Shown here: positions 42,701-58,700 of the stretch, one piece after another
How positions within the stretch are numbered: the stretch's first letter is position 1
How the letters are laid out: every line of letters starts with the position of its first letter
Assembly: GCA_964016885.1 (NCBI GenBank)
Contig: OZ024740.1
Location: 423,646,001 to 423,710,000 of the forward strand
Source of the DNA: Eledone cirrhosa
Lineage: Eukaryota
Direction: 5' to 3'
Length of the DNA stretch: 64,000 nucleotides
Translations under genes and position numbers: made by a program
The notes under the pieces: model-generated
The model's input: only the letters and a program-made list of their open reading frames with translations
What the model was told of the DNA's origin: nothing
Database searches by the model: none

Positions 42701-43200
42701 ATATAAGACTGTAGGGTATTGACTAATGTACTCCAATCTAATTCTATATAAGACTGTAGTGGTATTGACTAATGTACTCCAATCTAATTCTATATAAGAC
42801 TGTAGTGGTATTGACTAATATACTCCAATCTAATTCTATATAAGACTGTAGTGGTATTGACTAATGTAGTCCAATCTAATTCTATATAAGACTGTAGTGG
42901 TATTGACTAATGTACTCCAATCTAATTCTATATAAGACTGTAGTGGTATTGACTAATGTAGTCCAATCTAATTCTATATAAGACTGTAGTGGTATTGACT
43001 AATGTACTCCAACCTAATTCTATATAAGACTGTAGTGGTATTGACTAATGTAGTTCAATCTAATTCTATATAAGACTGTAGTGGTATTGACTAATGTAGT
43101 CCAATCTAATTCTATATAAGACTGTAGTGGTATTGACTAATGTACTCCAACCTAATTCTATATAAGACTGTAGTGGTATTGACTAATGTAGTCCAACCTA
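36750..43200. repeat. Nested block duplications (39-mer inside a 61-mer period); boundaries approximate
   Basis: The 2-bp-deletion marker GACTAGTGGTACTG occurs at 37525, 39314, 40323 and 42112: spacings 1789, 1009, 1789 and super-period 2798. Confidence 0.8.
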
Positions 43201-46200
43201 ATTCTATATAAGACTGTAGTGGTATTGACTAATGTACTCCAATCTAATTCTATATAAGACTGTAGTGGTATTGACTAATGTAGTCCAATCTAATTCTATA
43301 TAAGACTGTAGTGGTATTGACTAATGTAGTCCAACCTAATTCTATATAAGACTGTAGTGGTATTGACTAATGTAGTCCAACCTAATTCTATATAAGACTG
43401 TAGTGGTATTGACTAATGTACTCCAACCTAATTCTATATAAGACTGTAGTGGTATTGACTAATGTAGTTCAATCTAATTCTATATAAGACTGTAGTGGTA
43501 TTGACTAATGTAGTTCAATCTAATTCTATATAAGACTGTAGTGGTATTGACTAATGTAGTCCAATCTAATTCTATATAAGACTGTAGTGGTATTGACTAA
43601 TGTACTCCAACCTAATTCTATATAAGACTGTAGTGGTATTGACTAATGTAGTCCAACCTAATTCTATATAAGACTGTAGTGGTATTGACTAATGTACTCC
43701 AATCTAATTCTATATAAGACTGTAGTGGTATTGACTAATGTAGTCCAATCTAATTCTATATAAGACTGTAGTGGTATTGACTAATGTACTCCAATCTAAT
43801 TCTATATATGACTGTAGTGGTATTGTCTAATGTACTCCAACCTAATTCTATATAAGACTGTAGTGGTATTGACTAATGTACTCCAATCTAATTCTATATA
43901 AGACTGTAGTGGTATTGACTAATGTAGTCCAATCTAATTCTATATAAGACTGTAGTGGTATTGACTAATGTACTCCAATCTAATTCTATATATGACTGTA
44001 ATGGTATTGTCTAATGTACTCCAACCTAATTCTATATAAGACTGTAGTGGTATTGACTAATGTACTCCAATCTAATTCTATATAAGACTGTAGTGGTATT
44101 GACTAATGTAGTCCAATCTAATTCTATATAAGACTGTAGTGGTATTGACTAATGTAGTCCAACCTAATTCTATATAAGACTGTAGTGGTATTGACTAATG
44201 TAGTCCAACCTAATTCTATATAAGACTGTAGTGGTATTGACTAATGTACTCCAATCTATTTCTATATAAGACTGTAGTGGTATTGACTAATGTACTCCAA
44301 CCTAATTCTATATAAGACTGTAGTGGTATTGACTAATGTACTCCAACCTAATTCTATATAAGACTGTAGTGGTATTGACTAATGTAGTCCAATCTAATTC
44401 TATATAAGACTGTAGTGGTATTGACTAATGTAGTCCAATCTAATTCTATATAAGACTGTAGTGGTATTGACTAATGTACTCCAACCTAATTCTATATAAG
44501 ACTGTAGTGGTATTGACTAATGTAGTCCAACCTAATTCTATATAAGACTGTAGTGGTATTGACTAATGTAGTCCAACCTAATTCTATATAAGACTGTAGT
44601 GGTATTGACTAATGTACTCCAACCTAATTCTATATAAGACTGTAGTGGTATTGACTAATGTAGTCCAATCTAATTCTATATAAGACTGTAGTGGTATTGA
44701 CTAATGTAGTCCAACCTAATTCTATATAAGACTGTAGTGGTATTGACTAATGTACTCCAATCTAATTCTATATAAGACTGTAGTGGTATTGACTAAAGTA
44801 GTCCAATCTAATTCTATATAAGACTGTAGGGTATTGACTAATGTAGTCCAATCTAATTCTATATAAGACTGTAGGGTATTGACTAATGTAGTCCAATCTA
44901 ATTCTATATAAGACTGTAGGGTATTGACTAATGTAGTCCAATCTAATTCTATATAAGACTGTAGTGGTATTGACTAATGTACTCCAACCTAATTCTATAT
45001 AAGACTGTAGTGGTATTGACTAATGTAGTCCAACCTAATTCTATATAAGACTGTAGTGGTATTGACTAATGTACTCCAATCTATTTCTATATAAGACTGT
45101 AGTGGTATTGACTAATGTACTCCAACCTAATTCTATATAAGACTGTAGTGGTATTGACTAATGTACTCCAACCTAATTCTATATAAGACTGTAGTGGTAT
45201 TGACTAATGTAGTCCAATCTAATTCTATATAAGACTGTAGTGGTATTGACTAATGTAGTCCAATCTAATTCTATATAAGACTGTAGTGGTATTGAGTAAT
45301 GTACTCCAACCTAATTCTATATAAGACTGTAGTGGTATTGACTAATGTAGTCCAATCTAATTCTATATAAGACTGTAGTGGTATTGACTAATGTAGTCCA
45401 ATCTAATTCTATATAAGACTGTAGTGGTATTGAGTAATGTACTCCAACCTAATTCTATATAAGACTTTAGTGGTATTGACTAATGTAGTCCAATCTAATT
45501 CTATATAAGACTGTAGTGGTATTGACTAATGTAGTCCAATCTAATTCTATATAAGACTGTAGTGGTATTGACTAATGTAGTCCAATCTAATTCTATATAA
45601 GACTGTAGTGGTATTGACTAATGTAGTCCAATCTAATTCTATATAAGACTGTAGTGGTATTGACTAATGTACTCCAATCTAATTCTATATAAGACTGTAG
45701 TGGTATTGACTAATGTACTCCAATCTAATTCTATATAAGACTGTAGTGGTATTGACTAATGTAGTCCAATCTAATTCTATATAAGACTGTAGTGGTATTG
45801 ACTAATGTACTCCAATCTAATTCTATATAAGACTGTAGTGGTATTGACTAATGTACTCCAACCTAATTCTATATAAGACTGTAGTGGTATTGACTAATGT
45901 ACTCCAATCTAATTCTATATAAGACTGTAGTGGTATTGTCTAATGTAGTCCAATCTAATTCTATATAAGACTGTAGTGGTATTGACTAATGTAGTCCAAT
46001 CTAATTCTATATAAGACTGTAGTGGTATTGACTAATGTAGTCCAATCTAATACTATATAAGACTGTTGTGGTACTGACTAATGTAGTCCAACCTAATTCT
46101 ATATAAGACTGTAGTGGTATTGACTAATGTACTCCAATCTAATTCTATATAAGACTGTAGTGGTATTGACTAATGTACTCCAATCTAATTCTATATAAGA

Positions 46201-49200
46201 CTGTAGTGGTATTGACTAATGTACTCCAATCTAATTCTATATAAGACTGTAGTGGTATTGACTAATGTAGTCCAATCTAATTCTATATAAGACTGTAGTG
46301 GTATTGACTAATGTAGTCCAATCTAATTCTATATAAGACTGTAGTGGTATTGACTAATGTACTCCAATCTAATTCTATATAAGACTGTAGTGGTATTGAC
46401 TAATGTACTCCAACCTAATTCTATATAAGACTGTAGTGGTATTGACTAATGTAGTCCAATCTAATTCTATATAAGACTGTAGTGGTATTGACTAATGTAC
46501 TCCAACCTAATTCTATATAAGACTGTAGTGGTATTGACTAATGTAGTCCAAACTAATTCTATATAAGACTGTAGTGGTATTGACTAATGTAGTCCAACCT
46601 AATTCTATATAAGACTGTAGTGGTACTGACTAATGTACTCCAATCTAATTCTATATAAGACTGTAGTGGTATTGACTAATGTACTCCAATCTAATTCTAT
46701 ATAAGACTGTAGTGGTATTGACTAATGTACTCCAATCTAATTCTATATAAGACTGTAGTGGTATTGACTAATGTAGTCCAATCTAATTCTATATAAGACT
46801 GTAGTGGTATTGACTAATGTAGTCCAATCTAATTCTATATAAGACTGTAGTGGTATTGACTAATGTACTCCAATCTAATTCTATATAAGACTGTAGTGGT
46901 ATTGACTAATGTACTCCAACCTAATTCTATATAAGACTGTAGTGGTATTGACTAATGTAGTCCAATCTAATTCTATATAAGACTGTAGTGGTATTGACTA
47001 ATGTAGTCCAATCTAATACTATATAAGACTGTTGTGGTACTGACTAATGTAGTCCAACCTAATTCTATATAAGACTGTAGTGGTATTGACTAATGTACTC
47101 CAATCTAATTCTATATAAGACTGTAGTGGTATTGACTAATGTACTCCAACCTAATTCTATATAAGACTGTAGTGGTATTGACTAATGTACTCCAATCTAA
47201 TACTATATAAGACTGTAGTGGTATTGACTAATGTAGTCCAATCTAATTCTATATAAGACTGTAGTGGTATTGACTAATGTAGTCCAATCTAATTCTATAT
47301 AAGACTGTAGTGGTACTGACTAATGTAGTCCAATCTATTTCTATATAAGACTGTAGTGGTATTGACTAATGTACTCCAATCTAATTCTATATAAGACTGT
47401 AGGGTATTGACTAATGTACTCCAATCTAATTCTATATAAGACTGTAGTGGTATTGACTAATGTACTCCAATCTAATTCTATATAAGACTGTAGTGGTATT
47501 GACTAATATACTCCAATCTAATTCTATATAAGACTGTAGTGGTATTGACTAATGTACTCCAATCTAATTCTATATAAGACTGTAGTGGTACTGACTAATG
47601 TAGTCCAATCTAATTCTATATCAGACTGTAGTGGTATTGACTAATGTACTCCAATCTAATTCTATATAAGACTGTAGTGGTACTGACTAATGTAGTCCAA
47701 TCTAATTCTATATAAGACTGTAGTGGTATTGACTAATGTAGTCCAATCTAATACTATATAAGACTGTTGTGGTACTGACTAATGTAGTCCAACCTAATTC
47801 TATATAAGACTGTAGTGGTATTGACTAATGTACTCCAATCTAATTCTATATAAGACTGTAGTGGTATTGACTAATGTAGTCCAATCTAATTCTATATAAG
47901 ACTGTAGTGGTATTGACTAATGTAGTCCAATCTAATTCTATATAAGACTGTAGTGGTATTGACTAATGTAGTCCAAACTAATTCTATATAAGACTGTCGT
48001 GGTATTGACTAATGTAGTCCAATCTAATTCTATATAAGACTGTAGTGGTATTGACTAAAGTAGTCCAATCTAATTCTATATAAGGCTGTAGTGGTATTGA
48101 CTAATGTAGTCCAATCTAATTCTATATAAGACTGTAGTGGTATTGACTAATGTACTCCAACCTAATTCTATATAAGACTGTAGTGGTATTGACTAATGTA
48201 GTTCAATCTAATTCTATATAAGACTGTAGTGGTATTGACTAATGTAGTCCAATCTAATTCTATATAAGACTGTAGTGGTATTGACTAATGTAGTCCAATC
48301 TAATTCTATATAAGACTGTAGTGGTATTGACTAATGTAGTCCAATCTAATTCTATATAAGACTGTAGTGGTATTGACTAATGTAGTCCAATCTAATTCTA
48401 TATAAGACTGTAGTGGTATTGACTAAAGTAGTCCAATCTAATTCTATATAAGGCTGTAGTGGTATTGACTAATGTAGTCCAATCTAATTCTATATAAGAC
48501 TGTAGTGGTACTGACTAATGTAGTCCAATCTAATTCTATATAAGACTGTAGTGGTATTGACTAATGTACTCCAATCTAATTCTATATAAGACTGTAGGGT
48601 ATTGACTAATGTACTCTAATCTAATTCTATATAAGACTGTAGTGGTATTGACTAATGTACTCCAATCTAATTCTATATAAGACTGTAGTGGTATTGACTA
48701 ATGTACTCCAATCTAATTCTATATAAGACTGTAGTGGTATTGACTAATATACTCCAATCTAATTCTATATAAGACTGTAGTGGTATTGACTAATGTAGTC
48801 CAATCTAATTCTATATAAGACTGTAGTGGTATTGACTAAAGTAGTCCAATCTAATTCTATATAAGGCTGTAGTGGTATTGACTAATGTAGTCCAATCTAA
48901 TTCTATATAAGACTGTAGTGGTATTGACTAATGTAGTCCAATCTAATTCTATATAAGACTGTAGTGGTATTGACTAATGTAGTCCAATCTAATTCTATAT
49001 AAGACTGTAGCGGTATTGACTAATGTAGTCCAATCTAATTCTATATAAGACTGTAGTGGTATTGACTAAAGTAGTCCAATCTAATTCTATATAAGACTGT
49101 AGTGGTATTGACTAATGTACTCCAATCTAATTCTATATAAGACTGTAGTGGTATTGACTAATGTAGTTCAATCAAATTCTATATAAGACTGTAGTGGTAT

Positions 49201-49799
49201 TGACTAATGTAGTCCAATCTAATTCTATATAAGACTGTAGTGGTATTGACTAATGTAGTCCAATCTAATTCTATATAAGACTGTAGTGGTATTGACTAAA
49301 GTAGTCCAATCTAATTCTATATAAGACTGTAGTGGTATTGACTAATGTAGTCCAATCCAATTCTATATAAGACTGTAGTGGTATTGACTAATGTACTCCA
49401 ACCTAATTCTATATAAGACTGTAGTGGTATTGACTAATGTACTCCAATCTAATTCTATATAAGACTGTAGTGGTATTGACTAATATACTCCAATCTAATT
49501 CTATATAAGACTGTAGTGGTATTCACTAATGTACTCCAATCTAATTCTATATAAGACTGTAGTGGTATTGACTAATGTACTCCAATCTAATTCTATATAA
49601 GACTGTAGTGGTACTGACTAATGTAGTCCAATCTAATTCTATATAAGACTGTAGGGTACTGACTAATGTACTCCAATCTAATTCTATATAAGACTGTAGT
49701 GGTATTGACTAATGTACTCCAATCTAATTCTATATAAGACTGTAGTGGTATTGACTAATGTAGTCCAATCTAATTCTATATAAGACTGTAGTGGTATTG

Positions 49800-52700
49800 A
49801 CTAATGTAGTCCAATCTAATTCTATATAAGACTGTAGTGGTATTGACTAATGTACTCCAATCTAATTCTATATAAGACTGTAGTGGTATTGACTAATGTA
49901 CTCCAACCTAATTCTATATAAGACTGTAGTGGTATTGACTAATGTACTCCAATCTAATTCTATATAAGACTGTAGTGGTATTGACTAATGTACTCCAACC
50001 TAATTCTATATAAGACTGTAGTGGTATTGACTAATGTACTCCAATCTAATTCTATATAAGACTGTAGTGGTATTGTCTAATGTAGTCCAACCTAATTCTA
50101 TATAAGACTGTAGTGGTATTGACTAATGTACTCCAATCTAATTCTATATAAGACTGTAGTGGTATTGACTGATATACTCCAATCTAATTCTATATAAGAC
50201 TGTAGTGGTATTGACTAATGTAGTCCAATCTAATTCTATATAAGACTGTAGTGGTATTGACTAATGTAGTCCAATCTAATTCTATATAAGACTGTAGTGG
50301 TATTGACTAATGTAGTCCAATTTAATTCTATATAAGGCTGTAGTGGTATTGACTAATGTAGTCCAATCTAATTCTATATAAGACTGTAGTGGTATTGACT
50401 AATGTACTCCAACCTAATTCTATATAAGACTGTAGTGGTATTGACTAATGTAGTTCAATCTAATTCTATATAAGACTGTAGTGGTATTGACTAATGTAGT
50501 CCAATCTAATTCTATATAAGACTGTAGTGGTATTGACTAATGTAGTCCAATCTAATTCTATATAAGACTGTAGTGGTATTGACTAATGTAGACCAATCTA
50601 ATTCTATATAAGACTGTAGTGGTATTGACTAATGTAGTTCAATCTAATTCTATATAAGACTGTAGTGGTATTGACTAATGTAGTCGAATCTAATTCTATA
50701 TAAGACTGTAGTGGTATTGACTAATGTAGTCCAATCTAATTCTATATAAGACTGTAGTGGTATTGACTAATGTAGTCCAATCTAATTCTATATAAGACTG
50801 TAGTGGTATTGACTAAAGTAGTCCAATCTAATTCTATATAAGGCTGTAGTGGTATTGACTAATGTAGTCCAATCTAATTCTATATAAGACTGTAGTGGTA
50901 CTGACTAATGTAGTTCAATCTAATTCTATATAAGACTGTAGTGGTATTGACTAATGTACTCCAATCTAATTCTATATAAGACTGTAGGGTATTGACTAAT
51001 GTACTCCAATCTAATTCTATATAAGACTGTAGTGGTATTGACTAATGTACTCCAATCTAATTCTATATAAGACTGTAGTGGTATTGACTAATATACTCCA
51101 ATCTAATTCTATATCAGACTGTAGTGGTATTGACTAATGTAGTCCAATCTAATTCTATATAAGACTGTAGTGGTATTGACTAATGTAGTCCAATCTAATT
51201 CTATATAAGACTGTAGTGGTATTGACTAATGTAGTCCAATCTAATTCTATATAAGACTGTAGTGGTATTGACTAAAGTAGTCCAATCTAATTCTATATAA
51301 GGCTGTAGTGGTATTGACTAATGTAGTCCAATCTAATTCTATATAAGACTGTAGTGGTATTGACCAATGTACTCCAACCTAATTCTATATAAGACTGTAG
51401 TGGTATTGACTAATGTAGTTCAATCTAATTCTATATAAGACTGTAGTGGTATTGACTAATGTACTCCAATCTAATTCTATATAAGACTGTAGTGGTACTG
51501 ACTAATGTAGTCCAATCTAATTCTATATAAGACTGTAGGGTATTGACTAATGTACTCCAATCTAATTCTATATAAGACTGTAGTGGTATTGACTAATGTA
51601 CTCCAATCTAATTCTATATAAGACTGTAGTGGTATTGACTAATGTAGTCCAATCTAATTCTATATAAGACTGTAGTGGTATTGACTAATGTAGTCCAATC
51701 TAATTCTATATAAGACTGTAGTGGTATTGACTAATGTAGTCCAATCTAATTCTATATAAGACTGTAGTGGTATTGAGTAATGTACTCCAACCTAATTCTA
51801 TATAAGACTGTAGTGGTATTGACTAATGTACTCCAATCTAATTCTATATAAGACTGTAGTGGTATTGACTAATGTAGTCCAATCTAATTCTATATAAGAC
51901 TGTAGTGGTATTGACTAATGTACTCCAACCTAATTCTATATAAGACTGTAGTGGTATTGACTAATGTACTCCAATCTAATTCTATATAAGACTGTAGTGG
52001 TATTGACTAATGTACTCCAATCTAATTCTATATAAGACTGTAGTGGTATTGACTAATGTAGTCCAATCTAATTCTATATAAGACTGTAGTGGTATTGACT
52101 AATGTACTCCAATCTATTTCTATATAAGACTGTAGTGGTATTGTCTAATGTAGTCCAACCTAATTCTATATAAGACTGTAGTGGTATTGACTAATGTACT
52201 CCAATCTAATTCTATATAAGACTGTAGTGGTATTGACTAATGTACTCCAATCTAATTCTATATAAGACTGTAGTGTTATTGACTAATGTAGTCCAATCTA
52301 ATTCTATATAAGACTGTAGTGGTATTGACTAATGTACTCCAATCTAATTCTATATAAGACTGTAGTGGTATTGACTAATGTAGTCCAATCTAATTCTATA
52401 TAAGACTGTAGTGGTATTGACTAATGTACTCCAATCTAATTCTATATAAGACTGTAGTGGTATTGACTAATGTACTCCAATCTAATTCTATATAAGACTG
52501 TAGTGGTATTGACTAATATACTCCAATCTAATTCTATATAAGACTGTAGTGGTATTGACTAATGTAGTCCAATCTAATTCTATATAAGACTGTAGTGGTA
52601 TTGACTAATGTACTCCAATCTATTTCTATATAAGACTGTAGTGGTATTGTCTAATGTAGTCCAAACTAATTCTATATAAGACTGTAGTGGTATTGACTAA

Positions 52701-55700
52701 TGTACTCCAATCTAATTCTATATAAGACTGTAGTGGTATTGACTAATGTACTCCAATCTAATTCTATATAAGACTGTAGTGGTATTGACTAATGTACTCC
52801 AATCTAATTCTATATAAGACTGTAGTGGTATTGACTAATGTAGTCCAATCTAATTCTATATAAGACTGTAGTGGTATTGACTAATGTACTCCAATCTAAT
52901 TCTATATAAGACTGTAGTGGTATTGACTAATGTACTCCAATCTAATTCTATATAAGACTGTAGTGGTATTGACTAATGTACTCCAATCTAATTCTATATA
53001 AGACTGTAGTGGTATTGACTAATGTACTCCAATCTAATTCTATATAAGACTGTAGTGGTATTGACTAATGTAGTCCAATCTAATTCTATATAAGACTGTA
53101 GTGGTATTGACTAATGTACTCCAATCTAATTCTATATAAGACTGTAGTGGTATTGACTAATGTACTCCAATCTAATTCTATATAAGACTGTAGTGGTATT
53201 GACTAATATACTCCAATCTAATTCTATATAAGACTGTAGTGGTATTGACTAATGTAGTCCAATCTAATTCTATATAAGACTGTAGTGGTATTGACTAATG
53301 TAGTCCAATCTAATTCTATATAAGACTGTAGTGGTATTGACTAAAGTAGTCCAATCTAATTCTATATAAGGCTGTAGTGGTATTGACTAATGTAGTTCAA
53401 TCTAATTCTATATAAGACTGTAGTGGTATTGACTAATGTAGTCCAATCTAATTCTATATAAGACTGTAGTGGTATTGACTAAAGTAGTCCAATCTAATTC
53501 TATATAAGGCTGTAGTGGTATTGACTAATGTAGTCCAATCTAATTCTATATAAGACTGTAGTGGTATTGACTAATGTAGTCCAATCTAATTCTATATAAG
53601 ACTGTAGTGGTATTGACTAATGTAGTCCAATCTAATTCGATATAAGACTAGTGGTATTGACTAATGTAGTCCAATCTAATTCTATATAAGACTGTAGTGG
53701 TATTGACTAAAGTAGTCCAATCTAATTCTATATAAGGCTGTAGTGGTATTGACTAATGTAGTCCAATCTAATTCTATATAAGACTGTAGTGGTATTGACT
53801 AATGTACTCCAACCTAATTCTATATAAGACTGTAGTGGTATTGACTAATGTAGTTCAATCAAATTCTATATAAGACTGTAGTGGTATTGACTAATGTAGT
53901 CCAATCCAATTCTATATAAGACTGTAGTGGTATTGACTAATGTACTCCAACCTAATTCTATATAAGACTGTAGTGGTATTGACTAATGTAATCCAATCTA
54001 ATTCTATATAAGACTGTAGTGCTATTGACTAATATACTCCAATCTAATTCTATATAAGACTGTAGTGGTATTCACTAATGTACTCCAATCTAATTCTATA
54101 TAAGACTGTAGTGGTATTGACTAATGTACTCCAATCTAATTCTATATAAGACTGTAGTGGTACTGACTAATGTAGTCCAATCTAATTCTATATAAGACTG
54201 TAGGGTATTGACTAATGTACTCCAATCTAATTCTATATAAGACTGTAGTGGTATTGACTAATGTAGTCCAATCTAATTCTATATAAGACTGTAGTGGTAT
54301 TGACTAATGTAGTCCAATCTAATTCTATATAAGACTGTAGTGGTATTGACTAATGTACTCCAATCTAATTCTATATAAGACTGTAGTGGTATTCACTAAT
54401 GTACTCCAATCTAATTCTATATAAGACTGTAGTGGTATTGAGTAATGTACTCCAACCTAATTCTATATAAGACTGTAGTGGTATTGACTAATGTAATCCA
54501 ATCTAATTCTATATAAGACTGTAGTGGTATTGACTAATATACTCCAATCTAATTCTATATAAGACTGTAGTGGTATTCACTAATGTACTCCAATCTAATT
54601 CTATATAAGACTGTAGTGGTATTCACTAATGTACTCCAATCTAATTCTATATAAGACTGTAGTGGTACTGACTAATGTAGTCCAATCTAATTCTATATAA
54701 GACTGTAGGGTATTGACTAATGTACTCCAATCTAATTCTATATAAGACTGTAGTGGTATTGACTAATGTAGTCCAATCTAATTCTATATAAGACTGTAGT
54801 GGTATTGACTAATGTAGTCCAATCTAATTCTATATAAGACTGTAGTGGTATTGACTAATGTACTCCAATCTAATTCTATATAAGACTGTAGTGGTATTGA
54901 CTAATGTACTCCAATCTAATTCTATATAAGACTGTAGTGGTATTGACTAATGTACTCCAACCTAATTCTATATAAGACTGTAGTGGTATTGACTAATGTA
55001 CTCCAATCTAATTCTATATAAGACTGTAGTGGTATTGACTAATGTACTCCAACCTAATTCTATATAAGACTGTAGTGGTATTGACTAATGTACTCCAATC
55101 TAATTCTATATAAGTCTGTAGTGGTATTGTCTAATGTAGTCCAACCTAATTCTATATAAGACTGTAGTGGTATTGACTAATGTACTCCAATCTAATTCTA
55201 TATAAGACTGTAGTGGTATTGACTAATGTAGTCCAATCTAATTCTATATAAGACTGTAGTGGTATTGACTAATGTACTCCAATCTAATTCTATATAAGAC
55301 TGTAGTGGTATTGACTAATGTACTCCAACCTAATTCTATATAAGACTGTAGTGGTATTGACTAATGTACTCCAATCTAATTCTATATAAGACTGTAGTGG
55401 TATTGACTAATGTACTCCAACCTAATTCTATATAAGACTGTAGTGGTATTGACTAATGTACTCCAATCTAATTCTATATAAGACTGTAGTGGTATTGTCT
55501 AATGTAGTCCAACCTAATTCTATATAAGACTGTAGTGGTATTGACTAATGCACTCCAATCTAATTCTATATAAGACTGTAGTGGTATTGACTGATATACT
55601 CCAATCTAATTCTATATAAGACTGTAGTGGTATTGACTAATGTAGTCCAATCTAATTCTATATAAGACTGTAGTGGTATTGACTAATGTAGTCCAATCTA

Positions 55701-58700
55701 ATTCTATATAAGACTGTAGTGGTATTGACTAATGTAGTCCAATTTAATTCTATATAAGGCTGTAGTGGTATTGACTAATGTAGTCCAATCTAATTCTATA
55801 TAAGACTGTAGTGGTATTGACTAATGTACTCCAACCTAATTCTATATAAGACTGTAGTGGTATTGACTAATGTAGTTCAATCTAATTCTATATAAGACTG
55901 TAGTGGTATTGACTAATGTAGTCCAATCTAATTCTATATAAGACTGTAGTGGTATTGACTAATGTAGTCCAATCTAATTCTATATAAGACTGTAGTGGTA
56001 TTGACTAATGTAGACCAATCTAATTCTATATAAGACTGTAGTGGTATTGACTAATGTAGTTCAATCTAATTCTATATAAGACTGTAGTGGTATTGACTAA
56101 TGTAGTCCAATCTAATTCTATATAAGACTGTAGTGGTATTGACTAATGTAGTCCAATCTAATTCTATATAAGACTGTAGTGGTATTGACTAATGTAGTCC
56201 AATCTAATTCTATATAAGACTGTAGTGGTATTGACTAAAGTAGTCCAATCTAATTCTATATAAGGCTGTAGTGGTATTGACTAATGTAGTCCAATCTAAT
56301 TCTATATAAGACTGTAGTGGTACTGACTAATGTAGTTCAATCTAATTCTATATAAGACTGTAGTGGTATTGACTAATGTACTCCAATCTAATTCTATATA
56401 AGACTGTAGGGTATTGACTAATGTACTCCAATCTAATTCTATATAAGACTGTAGTGGTATTGACTAATGTACTCCAATCTAATTCTATATAAGACTGTAG
56501 TGGTATTGACTAATATACTCCAATCTAATTCTATATCAGACTGTAGTGGTATTGACTAATGTAGTCCAATCTAATTCTATATAAGACTGTAGTGGTATTG
56601 ACTAATGTAGTCCAATCTAATTCTATATAAGACTGTAGTGGTATTGACTAATGTAGTCCAATCTAATTCTATATAAGACTGTAGTGGTATTGACTAAAGT
56701 AGTCCAATCTAATTCTATATAAGGCTGTAGTGGTATTGACTAATGTAGTCCAATCTAATTCTATATAAGACTGTAGTGGTATTGACCAATGTACTCCAAC
56801 CTAATTCTATATAAGACTGTAGTGGTATTGACTAATGTAGTTCAATCTAATTCTATATAAGACTGTAGTGGTATTGACTAATGTACTCCAATCTAATTCT
56901 ATATAAGACTGTAGTGGTACTGACTAATGTAGTCCAATCTAATTCTATATAAGACTGTAGGGTATTGACTAATGTACTCCAATCTAATTCTATATAAGAC
57001 TGTAGTGGTATTGACTAATGTACTCCAATCTAATTCTATATAAGACTGTAGTGGTATTGACTAATGTAGTCCAATCTAATTCTATATAAGACTGTAGTGG
57101 TATTGACTAATGTAGTCCAATCTAATTCTATATAAGACTGTAGTGGTATTGAGTAATGTACTCCAACCTAATTCTATATAAGACTGTAGTGGTATTGACT
57201 AATGTACTCCAATCTAATTCTATATAAGACTGTAGTGGTATTGACTAATGTAGTCCAATCTAATTCTATATAAGACTGTAGTGGTATTGACTAATGTACT
57301 CCAACCTAATTCTATATAAGACTGTAGTGGTATTGACTAATGTACTCCAATCTAATTCTATATAAGACTGTAGTGGTATTGACTAATGTACTCCAATCTA
57401 ATTCTATATAAGACTGTAGTGGTATTGACTAATGTAGTCCAATCTAATTCTATATAAGACTGTAGTGGTATTGACTAATGTACTCCAATCTATTTCTATA
57501 TAAGACTGTAGTGGTATTGTCTAATGTAGTCCAACCTAATTCTATATAAGACTGTAGTGGTATTGACTAATGTACTCCAATCTAATTCTATATAAGACTG
57601 TAGTGGTATTGACTAATGTACTCCAATCTAATTCTATATAAGACTGTAGTGTTATTGACTAATGTAGTCCAATCTAATTCTATATAAGACTGTAGTGGTA
57701 TTGACTAATGTACTCCAATCTAATTCTATATAAGACTGTAGTGGTATTGACTAATGTAGTCCAATCTAATTCTATATAAGACTGTAGTGGTATTGACTAA
57801 TGTACTCCAATCTAATTCTATATAAGACTGTAGTGGTATTGACTAATGTACTCCAATCTAATTCTATATAAGACTGTAGTGGTATTGACTAATATACTCC
57901 AATCTAATTCTATATAAGACTGTAGTGGTATTGACTAATGTAGTCCAATCTAATTCTATATAAGACTGTAGTGGTATTGACTAATGTACTCCAATCTATT
58001 TCTATATAAGACTGTAGTGGTATTGTCTAATGTAGTCCAAACTAATTCTATATAAGACTGTAGTGGTATTGACTAATGTACTCCAATCTAATTCTATATA
58101 AGACTGTAGTGGTATTGACTAATGTACTCCAATCTAATTCTATATAAGACTGTAGTGGTATTGACTAATGTACTCCAATCTAATTCTATATAAGACTGTA
58201 GTGGTATTGACTAATGTAGTCCAATCTAATTCTATATAAGACTGTAGTGGTATTGACTAATGTACTCCAATCTAATTCTATATAAGACTGTAGTGGTATT
58301 GACTAATGTACTCCAATCTAATTCTATATAAGACTGTAGTGGTATTGACTAATGTAGTCCAATCTAATTCTATATAAGACTGTAGTGGTATTGACTAATG
58401 TAGTCCAATCTAATTCTATATAAGACTGTAGTGGTATTGACTAAAGTAGTCCAATCTAATTCTATATAAGGCTGTAGTGGTATTGACTAATGTAGTTCAA
58501 TCTAATTCTATATAAGACTGTAGTGGTATTGACTAATGTAGTCCAATCTAATTCTATATAAGACTGTAGTGGTATTGACTAAAGTAGTCCAATCTAATTC
58601 TATATAAGGCTGTAGTGGTATTGACTAATGTAGTCCAATCTAATTCTACATAAGACTGTAGTGGTATTGACTAATGTAGTCCAATCTAATTCTATATAAG

